Assembly (NCBI GenBank): GCA_963755125.1
Contig: CAVWIP010000015.1
Location: 96,001-160,000, forward strand
Reading direction: 5' to 3'
DNA length: 64,000 nucleotides
DNA from: an uncultured delta proteobacterium
GTDB taxonomy: Bacteria > Myxococcota_A > Polyangia > Fen-1088
Made by a program: the position numbers and the translations under genes. Below the pieces are notes generated by a model that did not search any database, had not been told where the DNA came from, and saw only the letters and a program-made list of their open reading frames with translations. Position 1 is the stretch's first letter. Every line of letters starts with the position of its first letter. Of this stretch, positions 10,048 to 21,666 are shown piece after piece.

Positions 10048-11039
10048 AGATCCAGCTCCTTGCCCAGGTGGATGCCCCAGCTCTGCGTGCCACGGCCGAA
10101 CACACCCAAGGGCTCATCCAGGTTCACCAGAGCGCCAAGGAAGAATCGACCGAAGCGCGGGGCCCACTCCACCCGCAGCCCAGCCGCGGTTTGCAGTTGG
10201 TCGACGCTGGCCGAGGGGAGCAGGACGGCCTGCAGGCGGGGACAGAGCCACAGGTCGCGCACAAGCAGGAAACGCGCGCCCAGGGCGAGTTGTCCCAGAA
10301 GATCAGTGCCGCTCGCGCCGTTGCGCACACCGAACACCGGAGCCAGGGCCGCCTCGGCAGTCGCTATCACCCGAGGCGAGAAAGCGAAGGAAAGCGCAGC
10401 CGGAACCGGCAGCGCCATGCGACCGGGCGTCCAGCGCCAGTCATCCCACAGGCCCCAGGCCGCGGCGCTCTGGTCGTAGAGCGCGCGCTGATTGCGACCA
10501 TCGGGGCTGATGTTCACCGAGGCCAGCGGCGCCGTGATGCCGACGCCAGCGTACCAGTGCACGCGACCCCGCTCGCCCCGGTACCAGCCCTTTGCCCAGG
10601 GGTTGCCTGATCGTGCGAAGGCGGACCATTCGCTATCCAGCATCAGGGCGAAGCCCCAGTCGATCTCAGCCAGGACATGCGGCCTGATGCTGACCAGGCC
10701 ACGCAACACCGGGGTGCCAACCGTCAAGGACGAGTTGGTTTCCGACGAACGCGAGACGGCGAGGGTGGCTCCCGCCGAGAAACGCGGCGGCGCAGAAGGA
10801 TCTGCCACGATTCGCGCAACAGCAGAGGGGATGGGAACCGCATCCGGCCCCGCCGTGAGGGGAGGCTCCGTCCCGGCCTGCGCGGCGGGGTGCAGCTCGT
10901 CGAGAAGCGGGTAGGGGGAGGCAGGGCCTTGTGGGCCTTGAGCCTGGGCAGCGCGAGAAATCCAGAGCGCGCCCGCGACCAGCAGTGCGAAGCCCACGCG
11001 GCCCAGCCTCGGGCCCAAGCCAGACAAGGGGAATCCCAT
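10044..11039 (-). CDS. Hypothetical secreted/outer-membrane beta-barrel-like protein
   Basis: Signal peptide, Pro-rich linker, amphipathic aromatic-rich strands; ATGA overlap with the next gene. Confidence 0.6.
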   Translation of the reverse strand: MGFPLSGLGPRLGRVGFALLVAGALWISRAAQAQGPQGPASPYPLLDELHPAAQAGTEPPLTAGPDAVPIPSAVARIVADPSAPPRFSAGATLAVSRSSETNSSLTVGTPVLRGLVSIRPHVLAEIDWGFALMLDSEWSAFARSGNPWAKGWYRGERGRVHWYAGVGITAPLASVNISPDGRNQRALYDQSAAAWGLWDDWRWTPGRMALPVPAALSFAFSPRVIATAEAALAPVFGVRNGASGTDLLGQLALGARFLLVRDLWLCPRLQAVLLPSASVDQLQTAAGLRVEWAPRFGRFFLGALVNLDEPLGVFGRGTQSWGIHLGKELDL

Positions 11040-11089
11040 GTGGAGCACGAGACTACCGCCGCCGGCATGCCTATATCAATGACGACGAG

Positions 11090-12646
11090 TCAGGTTTTGG
11101 CCGCGCGAACCAGCGGCAGCTCGAGGGCGTCCTTGAGCGCTTCGCAGCTCGCCTCGATGATGTTCTGTGAGACGCCGATGGTGCTCCAGCGGTCACTGCC
11201 CAGGCTGGATTCGACCAGGACCCGGGTTATGGCCGCGGTGGCGGATTCGGGATCGAGAATGCGCACCTTGAAGTCGCACAGATGGATCTGGCGCAGGATG
11301 GGGAAGTGCTGGTCGAGCGCCTTGTGAAAGGCGTGATCCATGGCATCGACCGGGCCCGAGCCCTCGGCCACCACGTGCGAGATCTCGTCGCCCACCTTGA
11401 GCTTGACCGTGGCCTCGACAAACATGTCGCTGCTGCTACGGCGCTGTGAGATCACCACCACGTCGAGAACTTCGAACGGCTCGCTGTAGCCCGGCTGAGT
11501 CCGCCGCAACATCAGCTCCAGTGAGCCGTCGGCTGCTTCAAATTGGTAACCTTGGTTCTCCAACTCCTTGATGCGGGCGACCAGGTCGGCCTCGTTGCCG
11601 CGCAACTCGACGCCCAGTTCCGCCGCGCGCACGCGAATGTTCCCGCGTCCGGAAAGCTCGGACACGACGATGCGGCGGTCGTTGCCCACCATTTCCGGCG
11701 GAATGTGCTCGAAGGTGACTGGCGACTTGGCCACTGCGGCGACATGGGCACCCGCCTTGTGCGCGAAGGCCGAGGCGCCCACATAGGGTGCGTGGGCGCG
11801 CGGGCGAAGATTGGCGATCTCACTGGCCGTGCGCGAGACTTCGGTAAGCCGCTCCATGTTCTCCTCGGGAATGCAACTCAGGCCCATCTTGAGCTGCAGG
11901 GCCGGGATCACGGACATGAGGTTGGCGTTTCCGCAACGCTCGCCCCAGCCGTTGATCGTACCGTGCACCATGGTGCAGCCGGCCTCCACGGCTGCCAGCG
12001 AATTGGCCACCGCCAGATCGCTGTCGTTGTGCGCGTGAATGCCCAGGGGCGCGCTCAGTGCCTTATTGGCCTCGCGGACGATTCCCGCCACGGTCGAGGG
12101 CAGGTTGCCACCGTTGGTGTCGCAGAAGACAATCCAGTCGGCGCCAGCCCGGGCAGCGGCCTGTACCGCGGCCAGGGCGTAGTCGCGATCGGCGCGAAAG
12201 CCGTCGAAGAAGTGCTCGGCATCGAAGATGACCTCGCGGCCGTTCTGTTTCAGGAACGACACGCTGTCGGCAATCATGGCCAGGTTGTCCTCGGGCGTGG
12301 TCTTGAGCACGTCGGTCACGTGCAGCAGCCAGGTCTTGCCGAAGATGGCCACCGCAGGGGTGCCGGCCTTGACCAGGGCTTGCAGGTTGGAGTCCGTCGC
12401 GGCCGTGCTGCCCGTGCGGCGCGTGCTGCCGAAGGCGGTCAGCCGGGCTTGCTTGAGCTTCAACTCGGAGGCGCGGCGAAAGAACTCCTCGTCCTTGGGG
12501 TTGGCCCCGGGATAGCCGCCCTCGATGTAGCGTACCCCGAAGCCGTCGAGCAGGCGGGCAATCTTGATCTTGTCCTCGACCGAAAGGGAAAGCCCCTCGC
12601 TCTGGGTTCCGTCCCGAAGAGTCGTGTCGAAGAGTGCGATCTGCAT
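11090..12646 (-). CDS. cimA: Citramalate synthase
   Basis: DTTLRDG, GGYPGANPKD, DAEHFFDG, HAHND, GERCGN and C-terminal LeuA-type regulatory domain. Confidence 0.88.
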   Translation of the reverse strand: MQIALFDTTLRDGTQSEGLSLSVEDKIKIARLLDGFGVRYIEGGYPGANPKDEEFFRRASELKLKQARLTAFGSTRRTGSTAATDSNLQALVKAGTPAVAIFGKTWLLHVTDVLKTTPEDNLAMIADSVSFLKQNGREVIFDAEHFFDGFRADRDYALAAVQAAARAGADWIVFCDTNGGNLPSTVAGIVREANKALSAPLGIHAHNDSDLAVANSLAAVEAGCTMVHGTINGWGERCGNANLMSVIPALQLKMGLSCIPEENMERLTEVSRTASEIANLRPRAHAPYVGASAFAHKAGAHVAAVAKSPVTFEHIPPEMVGNDRRIVVSELSGRGNIRVRAAELGVELRGNEADLVARIKELENQGYQFEAADGSLELMLRRTQPGYSEPFEVLDVVVISQRRSSSDMFVEATVKLKVGDEISHVVAEGSGPVDAMDHAFHKALDQHFPILRQIHLCDFKVRILDPESATAAITRVLVESSLGSDRWSTIGVSQNIIEASCEALKDALELPLVRAAKT

Positions 12647-12720
12647 GACGATGTCCAGTTGATGAAACACCAGAACTTACGAGAGATCCGTCGGTGGCGC
12701 AACGACGTCAGGTTCCTGCC

Positions 12721-14055
<1,335 letters not shown>

Positions 14056-14131
14056 GTCCGCAACTTAGCACCATCGAGCGCCGATTTTCACCATGGCGCT
14101 TCGCGACTCTGGTGTAAAAAGCCATCTTCCC

Positions 14132-15568
14132 ATGACACGAAAATTGCGGTTCCCCGAGGTCTACAAGTTTGGCGGCGCGTCGCTTGCGGACGGCGCAGCC
14201 TACAAGCATGCCGCTGGCATCTCAAAAACGTGCGGCACGTCGCTGGCTGTGGTGTGCTCGGCACCGGCAGGCGTGACCGACCTGCTGCTGGCGGTGGCCG
14301 ACCATGCCCGGGCCGGCGATCGCGAGAAGACCGCGATCGCGCTGGAAGCCGTGCGCGAGAAGTACCGCGTGGTCCTGCGCCAGTTGGTCCTCGGCCAGCG
14401 GCCCAAGGCCGAACTGGCGGAGGTGGTCGACCAGTCGATGGCCGAGCTCGAGATGCTGGCCGGCGGCCTGGTGGCCTTGCGCGAGCTGACCTCGCGTACC
14501 AGCGATCTGGTGGTGTCGCGCGGCGAGCGCCTGAGCGCGGAGATCTTCTGTGCGGTGCTGCGCGCCGAGGGTGTGAAGGCCCAGGTCGTGGATGCGCTGG
14601 AAGTGGTTCACACCGACGGTCCGTTTGGCGGCGCCGCGCCCCACCTCGCGCGTACCGATGCGGCGGTGCGCGAGCGGCTGCGGCCGCTCATGTCTCGCGG
14701 CGTGGTGCCGGTGGTGCCTGGCTTTCTGGGTGCGTGGCACAAGGAGCACGGGCAGCCGCCGGCGCTCGTCACCCTGGGCCGGGGCGGCTCGGATCTCACC
14801 GCCACGCTGCTTGGCCGCGCGCTCGAGGCCAGCCGGGTAACTCTGTGGAAGGACGTTCCGGGGCTGCTCACCGCCGACCCGCGCGTGGTGCCCGACGCGC
14901 GCGTGATCCCGCAACTGCACGTGCGCGAGGCGGCAGAGCTGGCCTACTACGGCGCCAAGGTTCTGCACTCCCGCGCGCTCATCCCCGTGCAGGGCAAGCC
15001 CATCCCGGTGTACGTGCGGCCATTTGCCGAGCCTAGCGCGCCGGGCACCGAGATCTCGTCGCACCAGAGCACGGATCGTCATCCGGTCAAGGCGCTGTCG
15101 GCGGTGTCGGGTCAGGCCCTGATCACGGTGGCCGGCCGTGGCCTGCTGGGCGTGCCGGGCGTGGCTGCGCGTACCTTCGCGACCCTGTCGGCGCACGGAA
15201 TGTCGGTGTCGCTCATCACCCAGGCCTCGTCCGAGCAGTCCATCTGCTTCACGGTTCCTGAGAAGGAAGCCAAGTCAGCCAAGGAGCACCTGGACCGCGC
15301 TTTCCACGACGAGATCGCCCGTCGGGACGTGGACAGCATCCAGGTGCAGACCGGCATGACCACCATCGCGGTCGTGGGCCTGGGAATGGCGGGCATGCCG
15401 GGCATCGCGGCGCGCGTGTTCTCGGCCCTGGCTTCGCAGGAGATCAACGTGGTGGCCATCGCCCAGGGCTCATCCGAGCTGAATATTTCGCTGGTGGTGG
15501 CCTCGGCCCAGGCGACCCAGGCGCAGAAGCGGATTCACAGCGCCTTCCGGCTGTCGCGGCTGCCGTAG
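14132..15568 (+). CDS. lysC: Aspartate kinase (kinase plus two ACT domains)
   Basis: KFGGASL, SRGERLS, TLGRGGSD, TADPR, GAKVLH, QASSE/QGSSE ACT motifs; no homoserine dehydrogenase domain. Confidence 0.9.
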   Translation: MTRKLRFPEVYKFGGASLADGAAYKHAAGISKTCGTSLAVVCSAPAGVTDLLLAVADHARAGDREKTAIALEAVREKYRVVLRQLVLGQRPKAELAEVVDQSMAELEMLAGGLVALRELTSRTSDLVVSRGERLSAEIFCAVLRAEGVKAQVVDALEVVHTDGPFGGAAPHLARTDAAVRERLRPLMSRGVVPVVPGFLGAWHKEHGQPPALVTLGRGGSDLTATLLGRALEASRVTLWKDVPGLLTADPRVVPDARVIPQLHVREAAELAYYGAKVLHSRALIPVQGKPIPVYVRPFAEPSAPGTEISSHQSTDRHPVKALSAVSGQALITVAGRGLLGVPGVAARTFATLSAHGMSVSLITQASSEQSICFTVPEKEAKSAKEHLDRAFHDEIARRDVDSIQVQTGMTTIAVVGLGMAGMPGIAARVFSALASQEINVVAIAQGSSELNISLVVASAQATQAQKRIHSAFRLSRLP

Positions 15569-15579
15569 CCATTGCAAGC

Positions 15580-15614
15580 AAGAAAAAGGCTGGGCTGCCA
15601 TCGCAGCCCAGCCT
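15580..15614 (-). terminator. Intrinsic terminator
   Basis: Perfect 12-bp stem AGGCTGGGCTGC/GCAGCCCAGCCT followed by TTTTTCTT on the minus strand, between convergent genes. Confidence 0.8.
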
Positions 15615-15643
15615 GAAGAACTGGGGCTAGCGGGTCATTGCGA

Positions 15644-16225
15644 TCAGGCGCCGTCGACTGCGTCGTCCATGCCACCGTCGATAATGGCATCGATCTCGGC
15701 ATCCACCTCCAACCCGTCGCTGGCAACGTCTGCGGCTACGTCAATCGTGACCGGTGCGTCTGGCCCTGCATCAGGAGTAGCGACCGGAGTATCGTGCCCA
15801 ACGTCGGGCGTGACAACCGGGCCATCGTGAGCGACAACCGGGCCATCGGGAATGACAACCGGGCCATCGTGAGTGACAACCGGGCCATCGGGGGTGACAA
15901 CCGCGCCATCAGGCGTGACAACGGCGCCGTCGGGCGTGACAGCCGGGCCATCGGGGGTGACAGCCGGGCCATCAGGCGTGGCAACGGGGCCGTCGGGAAT
16001 GACAGCCGGGCCATCGAGAGTGGCAGCCGGGAGATCAGACCCAGCATCAGGAGTGACAGCCGCTTCGGCTTTGTTTCCGCCGTCGCCAGATGTGTCCTTC
16101 TTGGCGTCACCGCAAGCGCCGCCATCGCAGGTCACCTTCGGGGTACTCGATCCGCCGCACCCGACGATCAAGGTCAGCGCACAGAAGGAAGATAGGACAG
16201 TAAATCTCTGGAACAGTCCGGTCAT
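15644..16225 (-). CDS. Acidic low-complexity repeat lipoprotein
   Basis: GGGAGA RBS, LIVGC lipobox, (T/I)PDGP(V/A)V heptad repeats. Confidence 0.75.
   Translation of the reverse strand: MTGLFQRFTVLSSFCALTLIVGCGGSSTPKVTCDGGACGDAKKDTSGDGGNKAEAAVTPDAGSDLPAATLDGPAVIPDGPVATPDGPAVTPDGPAVTPDGAVVTPDGAVVTPDGPVVTHDGPVVIPDGPVVAHDGPVVTPDVGHDTPVATPDAGPDAPVTIDVAADVASDGLEVDAEIDAIIDGGMDDAVDGA
15804..16022 (-). repeat. About 10 tandem 21-bp coding repeats
   Basis: Unit close to GTGACAACCGGGCCATCGGGN on the + strand, encoding TPDGPVV on the - strand. Confidence 0.9.
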
Positions 16226-16450
16226 GATGGTTCTCCCGCAGGAATAGTTGTCGCTTCCACCGGCGAGCCGCTTCGATGCGGACCGCCAAGCAATGCGATC
16301 ATAATGGGGCAACCAGCCGCCGATGGGAAAAGAAAAATGAATTCGGGACTGTATGGCAAACACCGACATGAGATATGCTTGTGGGACAACCCCGGGGCGA
16401 ACCGTCGACACTCCCCTGACACCCGTGATAGGCAGGTCTCCACCTCAGCC

Positions 16451-17761
16451 ATGGCCGAAGACACGCGCAAAGTAGTCATTCTCGGCGGAGGTCTCACCGG
16501 GATCTCGGCGGCGATTCACCTAGACTGGCCTTGGATCCTGTTCGAGCGAGAAGCCAAGCTGGGCGGCCTGGCCGTCACCGAGGAGCGCGACGGATTCCAT
16601 TTCGACTTGACCGGCCACTGGCTGCACCTGCGCGATCCGGCCATCCAGCGGTTGGTGGCCGAGGTCTTGCCCGTCGAGATGGCATCGGTGCAGAGGCGCG
16701 CCCGCATCTTCTCGCACGGAGCGACCACCCTGTATCCGTTCCAGGCCAACCTGCACGGGCTGCCGCCTGAGGTGATCAAGGAATGCCTGCTGGGGGTCAT
16801 CCAGGCCAAGATGCAGCCGGCAGGCGCGCCGCCGCGGAACTTCGAGGAGTACTGTCTGCGGCACTTTGGCGCTGGCATCTCCCGGCACTTCATGATCCCC
16901 TACAACGAGAAGCTGTGGGGCGTGCATCCGCGAACCATCACCGCGGACTGGTGCTCGCGCTTCGTGCCCCTGCCCAATCTGGAACAAGTGGTGGCCGGCG
17001 CGGTGGGCGCGGACGCGGGAGGCATGGGCTACAACGTCAACTTCCTGTACCCCAAGCAGGGTGGCATCGAGAGGCTGACGCGCGCCCTGGGTGCCCGCAT
17101 CGAGGGCGGCGAGGTTCATCTGCGCAGCAGCGTGGAATCGATCGACCTGCGCAGACGCGAAGTGGTGGCGGCCGGGCAACGCGTGCCCTACCAAGCGGTG
17201 GTGTCCACCCTCCCGCTACCTGAGTTGCTGGCGCGCATATCCGATCTCCCCGACGAGATCGCAGCCCACGCCAGCCGCCTGCGTTGCACCACCCTGCGCT
17301 ACCTGAACGTGGCCACGCGCTCGCGGCCGGCCGCCGACTGGCACTGGATCTACGTGCCCGAGAAACACCTGCCTTTCTATCGCGTCGGCATCTACAGCAA
17401 CGCCGTGGCTAGCATGGCGCCGTCCGGGGCGGCGTCTCTGTACGTGGAACTGGCCGACCGCGGCCCGGTCAGCGACGCCACCCTGTCCGACGTGGCCCAG
17501 GGTTTGGCGGCCATCGGTGCCATCGTCGCGCCGGGCGACATCCGCTTCGCCGACGCGCGCGAGATCAAGTACGCCTACGTGGTGTTCGACGAGCACCACA
17601 CGGCGGCCACCACGGCCATCTTTCGTTTCCTCGAATCGCGCGCCATCTATTCGCGTGGCCGATATGGCGCGTGGACGTACAATGCGATGGAAGATTGCCT
17701 GCTCGCCGGCCGCGAAGTTGCGGCCACCATCGCAGCCGCCCCTGGGAGCAAGACACCATGA
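16451..17761 (+). CDS. FAD-dependent oxidoreductase (protoporphyrinogen oxidase/UDP-galactopyranose mutase-like superfamily)
   Basis: GGGLTG Rossmann motif, [25 protein letters not shown]. Confidence 0.85.
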   Translation: MAEDTRKVVILGGGLTGISAAIHLDWPWILFEREAKLGGLAVTEERDGFHFDLTGHWLHLRDPAIQRLVAEVLPVEMASVQRRARIFSHGATTLYPFQANLHGLPPEVIKECLLGVIQAKMQPAGAPPRNFEEYCLRHFGAGISRHFMIPYNEKLWGVHPRTITADWCSRFVPLPNLEQVVAGAVGADAGGMGYNVNFLYPKQGGIERLTRALGARIEGGEVHLRSSVESIDLRRREVVAAGQRVPYQAVVSTLPLPELLARISDLPDEIAAHASRLRCTTLRYLNVATRSRPAADWHWIYVPEKHLPFYRVGIYSNAVASMAPSGAASLYVELADRGPVSDATLSDVAQGLAAIGAIVAPGDIRFADAREIKYAYVVFDEHHTAATTAIFRFLESRAIYSRGRYGAWTYNAMEDCLLAGREVAATIAAAPGSKTP

Positions 17762-18492
17762 CCACTCCGTCCCCGTCCGCTGCCAAGCCTCATGTCTCCA
17801 TCGTGATCCCGGTCTACAACGAGGAGGGGATCCTGCGCGGTTCCGTGTTGGAGTTGCGCGAGAAGTTGCGGCCCTTCGGGTTCAGCTATGAACTGATTCT
17901 CTGCGAAAACGGCTCGCGCGATCGCACGGTGGAGATGGGAAAGGAGATCGAGGCTGACTTCCCCGAGGTTCGCATGATCTCCATCGGGCAGCCCAACTAC
18001 GGCCTGGCCATGAAGACCGGTATCCTCGCGGCCCGTGGCGATTTCGTCATCTGCGACGAGATCGATCTGTGCGACACCGAGTTCTACGCGCGGGCGCTGG
18101 CCCTGCTGGAGCGGACCGACACCGATCTGGTGGTCGGTTCCAAGGCCATGGTGGGGTCGAACGACCAGCGCCCCTGGGTGCGGCGCGTGGGTACCCGCGT
18201 GTACAACGGCCTGCTGCGTGCAGTTTGCAACTACGGCGGCACCGACACGCACGGGCTCAAGGCCTTCAAGCGCGAGGTTCTGCTGGAGACGGCGGAACGC
18301 TGCGTTTTGGATCGTGACGTCTTCGCCAGTGAGTTCGTTATCCGCGCTCACCGCGAGAAGAAGAAAGTGGTGGAGATCCCGTTTGCCGTGCACGAGAAGC
18401 GACCGCCCTCGATCAACCTTCTCAAACGCGTGCCCCACGTGATCCAGAGCGTGGCCAAGCTGGCCGTGTCGGTGCGCAAGACTGAGGTGTAG
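17758..18492 (+). CDS. Glycosyltransferase family 2 (DPM-synthase-like)
   Basis: [34 protein letters not shown] overlap with upstream gene. Confidence 0.9.
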   Translation: MTTPSPSAAKPHVSIVIPVYNEEGILRGSVLELREKLRPFGFSYELILCENGSRDRTVEMGKEIEADFPEVRMISIGQPNYGLAMKTGILAARGDFVICDEIDLCDTEFYARALALLERTDTDLVVGSKAMVGSNDQRPWVRRVGTRVYNGLLRAVCNYGGTDTHGLKAFKREVLLETAERCVLDRDVFASEFVIRAHREKKKVVEIPFAVHEKRPPSINLLKRVPHVIQSVAKLAVSVRKTEV

Positions 18493-18891
18493 CGCTGCCG
18501 GAGCCGGAACCGGAGACGGGGCCGGGGCATCGCAGAAAGCGGCGCTCGGCGCTGGCGGGCTGATGCCGGTGGCGCTCCTCGGCGGCCGCGCGCTTACGGC
18601 CGCGCTGCGCGCGTCCATGCGCCCTCGGGTGACGGGTCCCTCGGCGCCCAGCTGCGCTGGTCGCCTGGCCCCTTGGCGCTCGCTTGCAACCGAGCGCAGA
18701 CGCTCGGTGCGCTCGCTTACACGCGCAGACGCTGCCTCGGAGTCGCCCCCGGCCGCCCGCCCACGCGCCGAGCTTGCTTCTGTTCAGAAGCAGCGATTCA
18801 CACGCCGCGGACGGCGCTATACTACGCCCTGAGCGGCGTTCCGGACCTGTCCGGAGCTGCGGGCGCGCAATGTAGTCCCCAGGAGGAGAAC

Positions 18892-19236
18892 ATGGTCGCG
18901 TTTGAGATCTACGTTGATGGTGAGAGACTCTGCACCGCCGGAGTCGGAGGTGCGAGAGTCTTGACCGCCATCGTTACATGGGTCAACCGAGGCGATCCTA
19001 CTCATGGACAAACGGATCTACGCGTTGGAGGCCTCGCGCACACGCAGCCGGGTGACGGTCGGGCTTAGGTCGATTGGGTTCATCGCTTGCTCCAGCTTGG
19101 ATCGGAAGTTCGGATTCGCGTGATTGAGACCGGTCGCGTGGATGAACCTGGCACTACAAGGACCATCGACGCAGCCGAGGATCTGGAATCGGAACGACGC
19201 TACTACGAGCAATTGAAGAAGAAGTTTGAAGGATAG
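18892..19236 (+). pseudogene. Small hypothetical gene with an in-frame TAG at 19066-19068
   Basis: AGGAGG RBS then MVAFEIYVDGERLCTAG...GDGRA*VDWVHRLLQLGSEVRIRVIE...YYEQLKKKFEG*; the frame stays open and protein-like after the TAG. Confidence 0.7.
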
Positions 19237-19258
19237 ATCCCGCGGGCCAGCGGCCAGG

Positions 19259-20020
19259 CTATATTCCCCAGCCGCCACTGACATGCAGGCTAGTGCCCGT
19301 GACGTAGGCGGCTTCGTCGGAGAGCAGGTACAGCACGGCGCTGATTGAGTCGGCGAGGGAGCCGATGCGGCCGGCGGGGATGGTCTTGACCAGGCCGGCC
19401 AGTTCGGCCGGGTCCAGCGACCCGGAATCAATGAAGCCGGGAGACACGGCATTGACCGTGACGTTGTGCTTGGCCAATGCCTTGGCCAGGCTGCGCACCA
19501 AACCCAGCACGCCCACCTTGGACAGGTAGTGCGCGGTGAGCTGGGTTTGCGCTACCAGCCGATCGGCATTGGCCATGGAAAACGCCACGATGCGGCCGCT
19601 TTGCTGGTTGACCATGACCGGTGCGACCAGACGGGCTAGGTAGAAGAAGCTGTCCAGGTTGCCGGCGAACATCTCGCGCCAGCCCGCGGGCGTTTCATCG
19701 AGCACGTCCACGCGGTGATAGGGACCGGCGCAGTGAATGAAAGCATCGATGCGACCCTGCCAGTCGAGCACCTGGCGGACCAGAGTCGCACACACCTCGG
19801 GCACCGACACGTCGGCATGGAGGGCCAGGGCGCGGCCGCCGTTGCTCTCGATAGCCGAGGCGGTTGCCTCGGCCTCGGCCCGGCTCTTGCGGTAGCACAG
19901 CGCGACTGCCCAACCGCGCTCGCCCAGCCGCAGCCCCACCTCGCGGCCGATGCCCTTGGCTCCACCCGAGATCAGCGCGGTCTTTGACCCAACCTGTCCC
20001 GCTTGGCGCGCCGATTCCAT
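19259..20020 (-). CDS. SDR family oxidoreductase (FabG-like)
   Basis: SGGAKGIG, YLSK (YxxxK), VNAVSPG. Confidence 0.9.
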   Translation of the reverse strand: MESARQAGQVGSKTALISGGAKGIGREVGLRLGERGWAVALCYRKSRAEAEATASAIESNGGRALALHADVSVPEVCATLVRQVLDWQGRIDAFIHCAGPYHRVDVLDETPAGWREMFAGNLDSFFYLARLVAPVMVNQQSGRIVAFSMANADRLVAQTQLTAHYLSKVGVLGLVRSLAKALAKHNVTVNAVSPGFIDSGSLDPAELAGLVKTIPAGRIGSLADSISAVLYLLSDEAAYVTGTSLHVSGGWGI

Positions 20021-20022
20021 GG

Positions 20023-21435
20023 TCAGCGAGGCCGGTCCTCTTCCTCGGCGTAGTTCTGGAACTTGGTGAACTCGCGCAGGAACGTCAGCATCACCGTATC
20101 GGTGGGGCCATGTCGATTCTTGCCGATGATGAGCTCGGCCTTGTTTCGCTCCGCACCCTCGGTGCCGTACATCTCCTCGCGGTGTATGAAGAGGATCATG
20201 TCGGCGTCCTGTTCGATGGCGCCCGATTCGCGCAGATCGGAAAGCTGCGGTCGCTTGTCCTCACGCCTTTCCAGGCCGCGATTGAGCTGGGAAACCGCGA
20301 TGATGGGAATGCGCAGGTCCTTGGCCAGGGCCTTCAGCCCGCGCGAGATCTCGGCAATCTCGCGCTCGCGCGACTCCTCCCGCCGGCCGCCCAGGCCGCG
20401 GGCGAGCTGCAGGTAGTCCACCACCATCAGGCCGAGCGGGGCCCGGCCCTCGGCGGTCTGCGGGAAGTACTTGGGGTTGCCGCGAAAACGCCGCGCCTTG
20501 GCACGCAGTTCGAGGATGTTGGGGGCGGCCGAGTCGTCGATGAGGATGGGCGCCTTGGTCAGCCGGTCGGCCGCGGGGTAGATGTGACTCTTCCAGTCGC
20601 CGTACTCGATCATGCCCCGGCGCATGCGGCTGGAATCGATGCGGGCCTCGCCCGCCAGCATTCGTTCCATCAGTTCGAATTTCGACATCTCGAGCGAAAA
20701 GATCAGCACCGGGATGCCGTGGTTGAGCGCCGCATGGGTGGCCACATTGATGGCCCACGAGGTCTTGCCCACTCCCGGCCGTGCGGCCACCACGATCAGG
20801 TTCTCGGGCTGCAGGCCCGCGCTGATCTCATCCAGCTTGGTGAAGCCGGTGGGCACGCCGGTGATCTGCCGGCGTTCCATGGAACGGGTCTGCAACTCGT
20901 TGACCACGTCGCCGAGCAGCTCACCTACCGGCTGAAACGACTCGCGCCGGTTCTGCTGCGCGACCTTGAAGATCTGCGTCTCGGCGTCGTCGAGGAATTC
21001 CTCGTAGCTGCCGAATTCGCCGTAGGCGCGCGACTGGATCTCGGCGCAGGCTGCGATCAGCCGGCGCAACGTCGCCTTCTCCTTCACCAACCGGACATAG
21101 TGGCTGATGTTCTCGGCGGTGGGGACGGAGTTGGCCAGGGTGATAAGGTAACTGGGGCCGCCCTCCAGGCGGGGCAGGGCGCCGCGCGATTTCAGCTCAT
21201 CGCCCAAAGACACCACGTCGATGGGCTGGCGGCGTTGCTCCAGTTCCATCATGGCGGCAAAGATCTCTCGATGCGCGGGCAGGAAGAAATCGTCTGCGGT
21301 CAGCACCGTGGCCATCTCGTCGAAGGCCAGGGGTTTGACCAGCACGCCGCCCAAGGCGGACCGTTCCGCCTCCAAGTTGTGCGGCGGCAACCGTCCGGAG
21401 GGGCTGCCGTCTGCAAGGGCGAGAGATTCAGCCAT
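20023..21435 (-). CDS. dnaB: Replicative DNA helicase
   Basis: PPHNLEAE, AARPGVGKT, VDYLQL, SQLNR, DLRESGAIEQDAD; no intein seen. Confidence 0.97.
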   Translation of the reverse strand: MAESLALADGSPSGRLPPHNLEAERSALGGVLVKPLAFDEMATVLTADDFFLPAHREIFAAMMELEQRRQPIDVVSLGDELKSRGALPRLEGGPSYLITLANSVPTAENISHYVRLVKEKATLRRLIAACAEIQSRAYGEFGSYEEFLDDAETQIFKVAQQNRRESFQPVGELLGDVVNELQTRSMERRQITGVPTGFTKLDEISAGLQPENLIVVAARPGVGKTSWAINVATHAALNHGIPVLIFSLEMSKFELMERMLAGEARIDSSRMRRGMIEYGDWKSHIYPAADRLTKAPILIDDSAAPNILELRAKARRFRGNPKYFPQTAEGRAPLGLMVVDYLQLARGLGGRREESREREIAEISRGLKALAKDLRIPIIAVSQLNRGLERREDKRPQLSDLRESGAIEQDADMILFIHREEMYGTEGAERNKAELIIGKNRHGPTDTVMLTFLREFTKFQNYAEEEDRPR

Positions 21436-21666
21436 GGGGGGACAAGTCTACGCCAAAGGGATACGAACGCGCGCACCAACTCGTCGGCTGTCCGAGCAGC
21501 GTGCCCGTCATCGGCAACGGCAGCGTGAGCGACCAGCGTGCAGTCGGCTGCGTGTGCGACTTGCGTGAGCGGCCCACGGATCGCCTTTCGCCTTCCACGC
21601 GCCACCCACGAACTCGCGCACGCGATCCGCTCTTCGTGCGGCCCGTAGTCTCCCAGCAGCCTCCGG

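Noticed and set aside
15804..16022. 21-bp repeat array as a CRISPR array
   Set aside because: Units are contiguous with no unique spacers, in frame within a lipoprotein gene, and no cas genes are present.
16350..16410. c-di-GMP-I riboswitch (GGCAAAC...GTGGGAC)
   Set aside because: Lacks the GAAA tetraloop and the GCAAAGC junction; I could not build the P2/P3 pairing.
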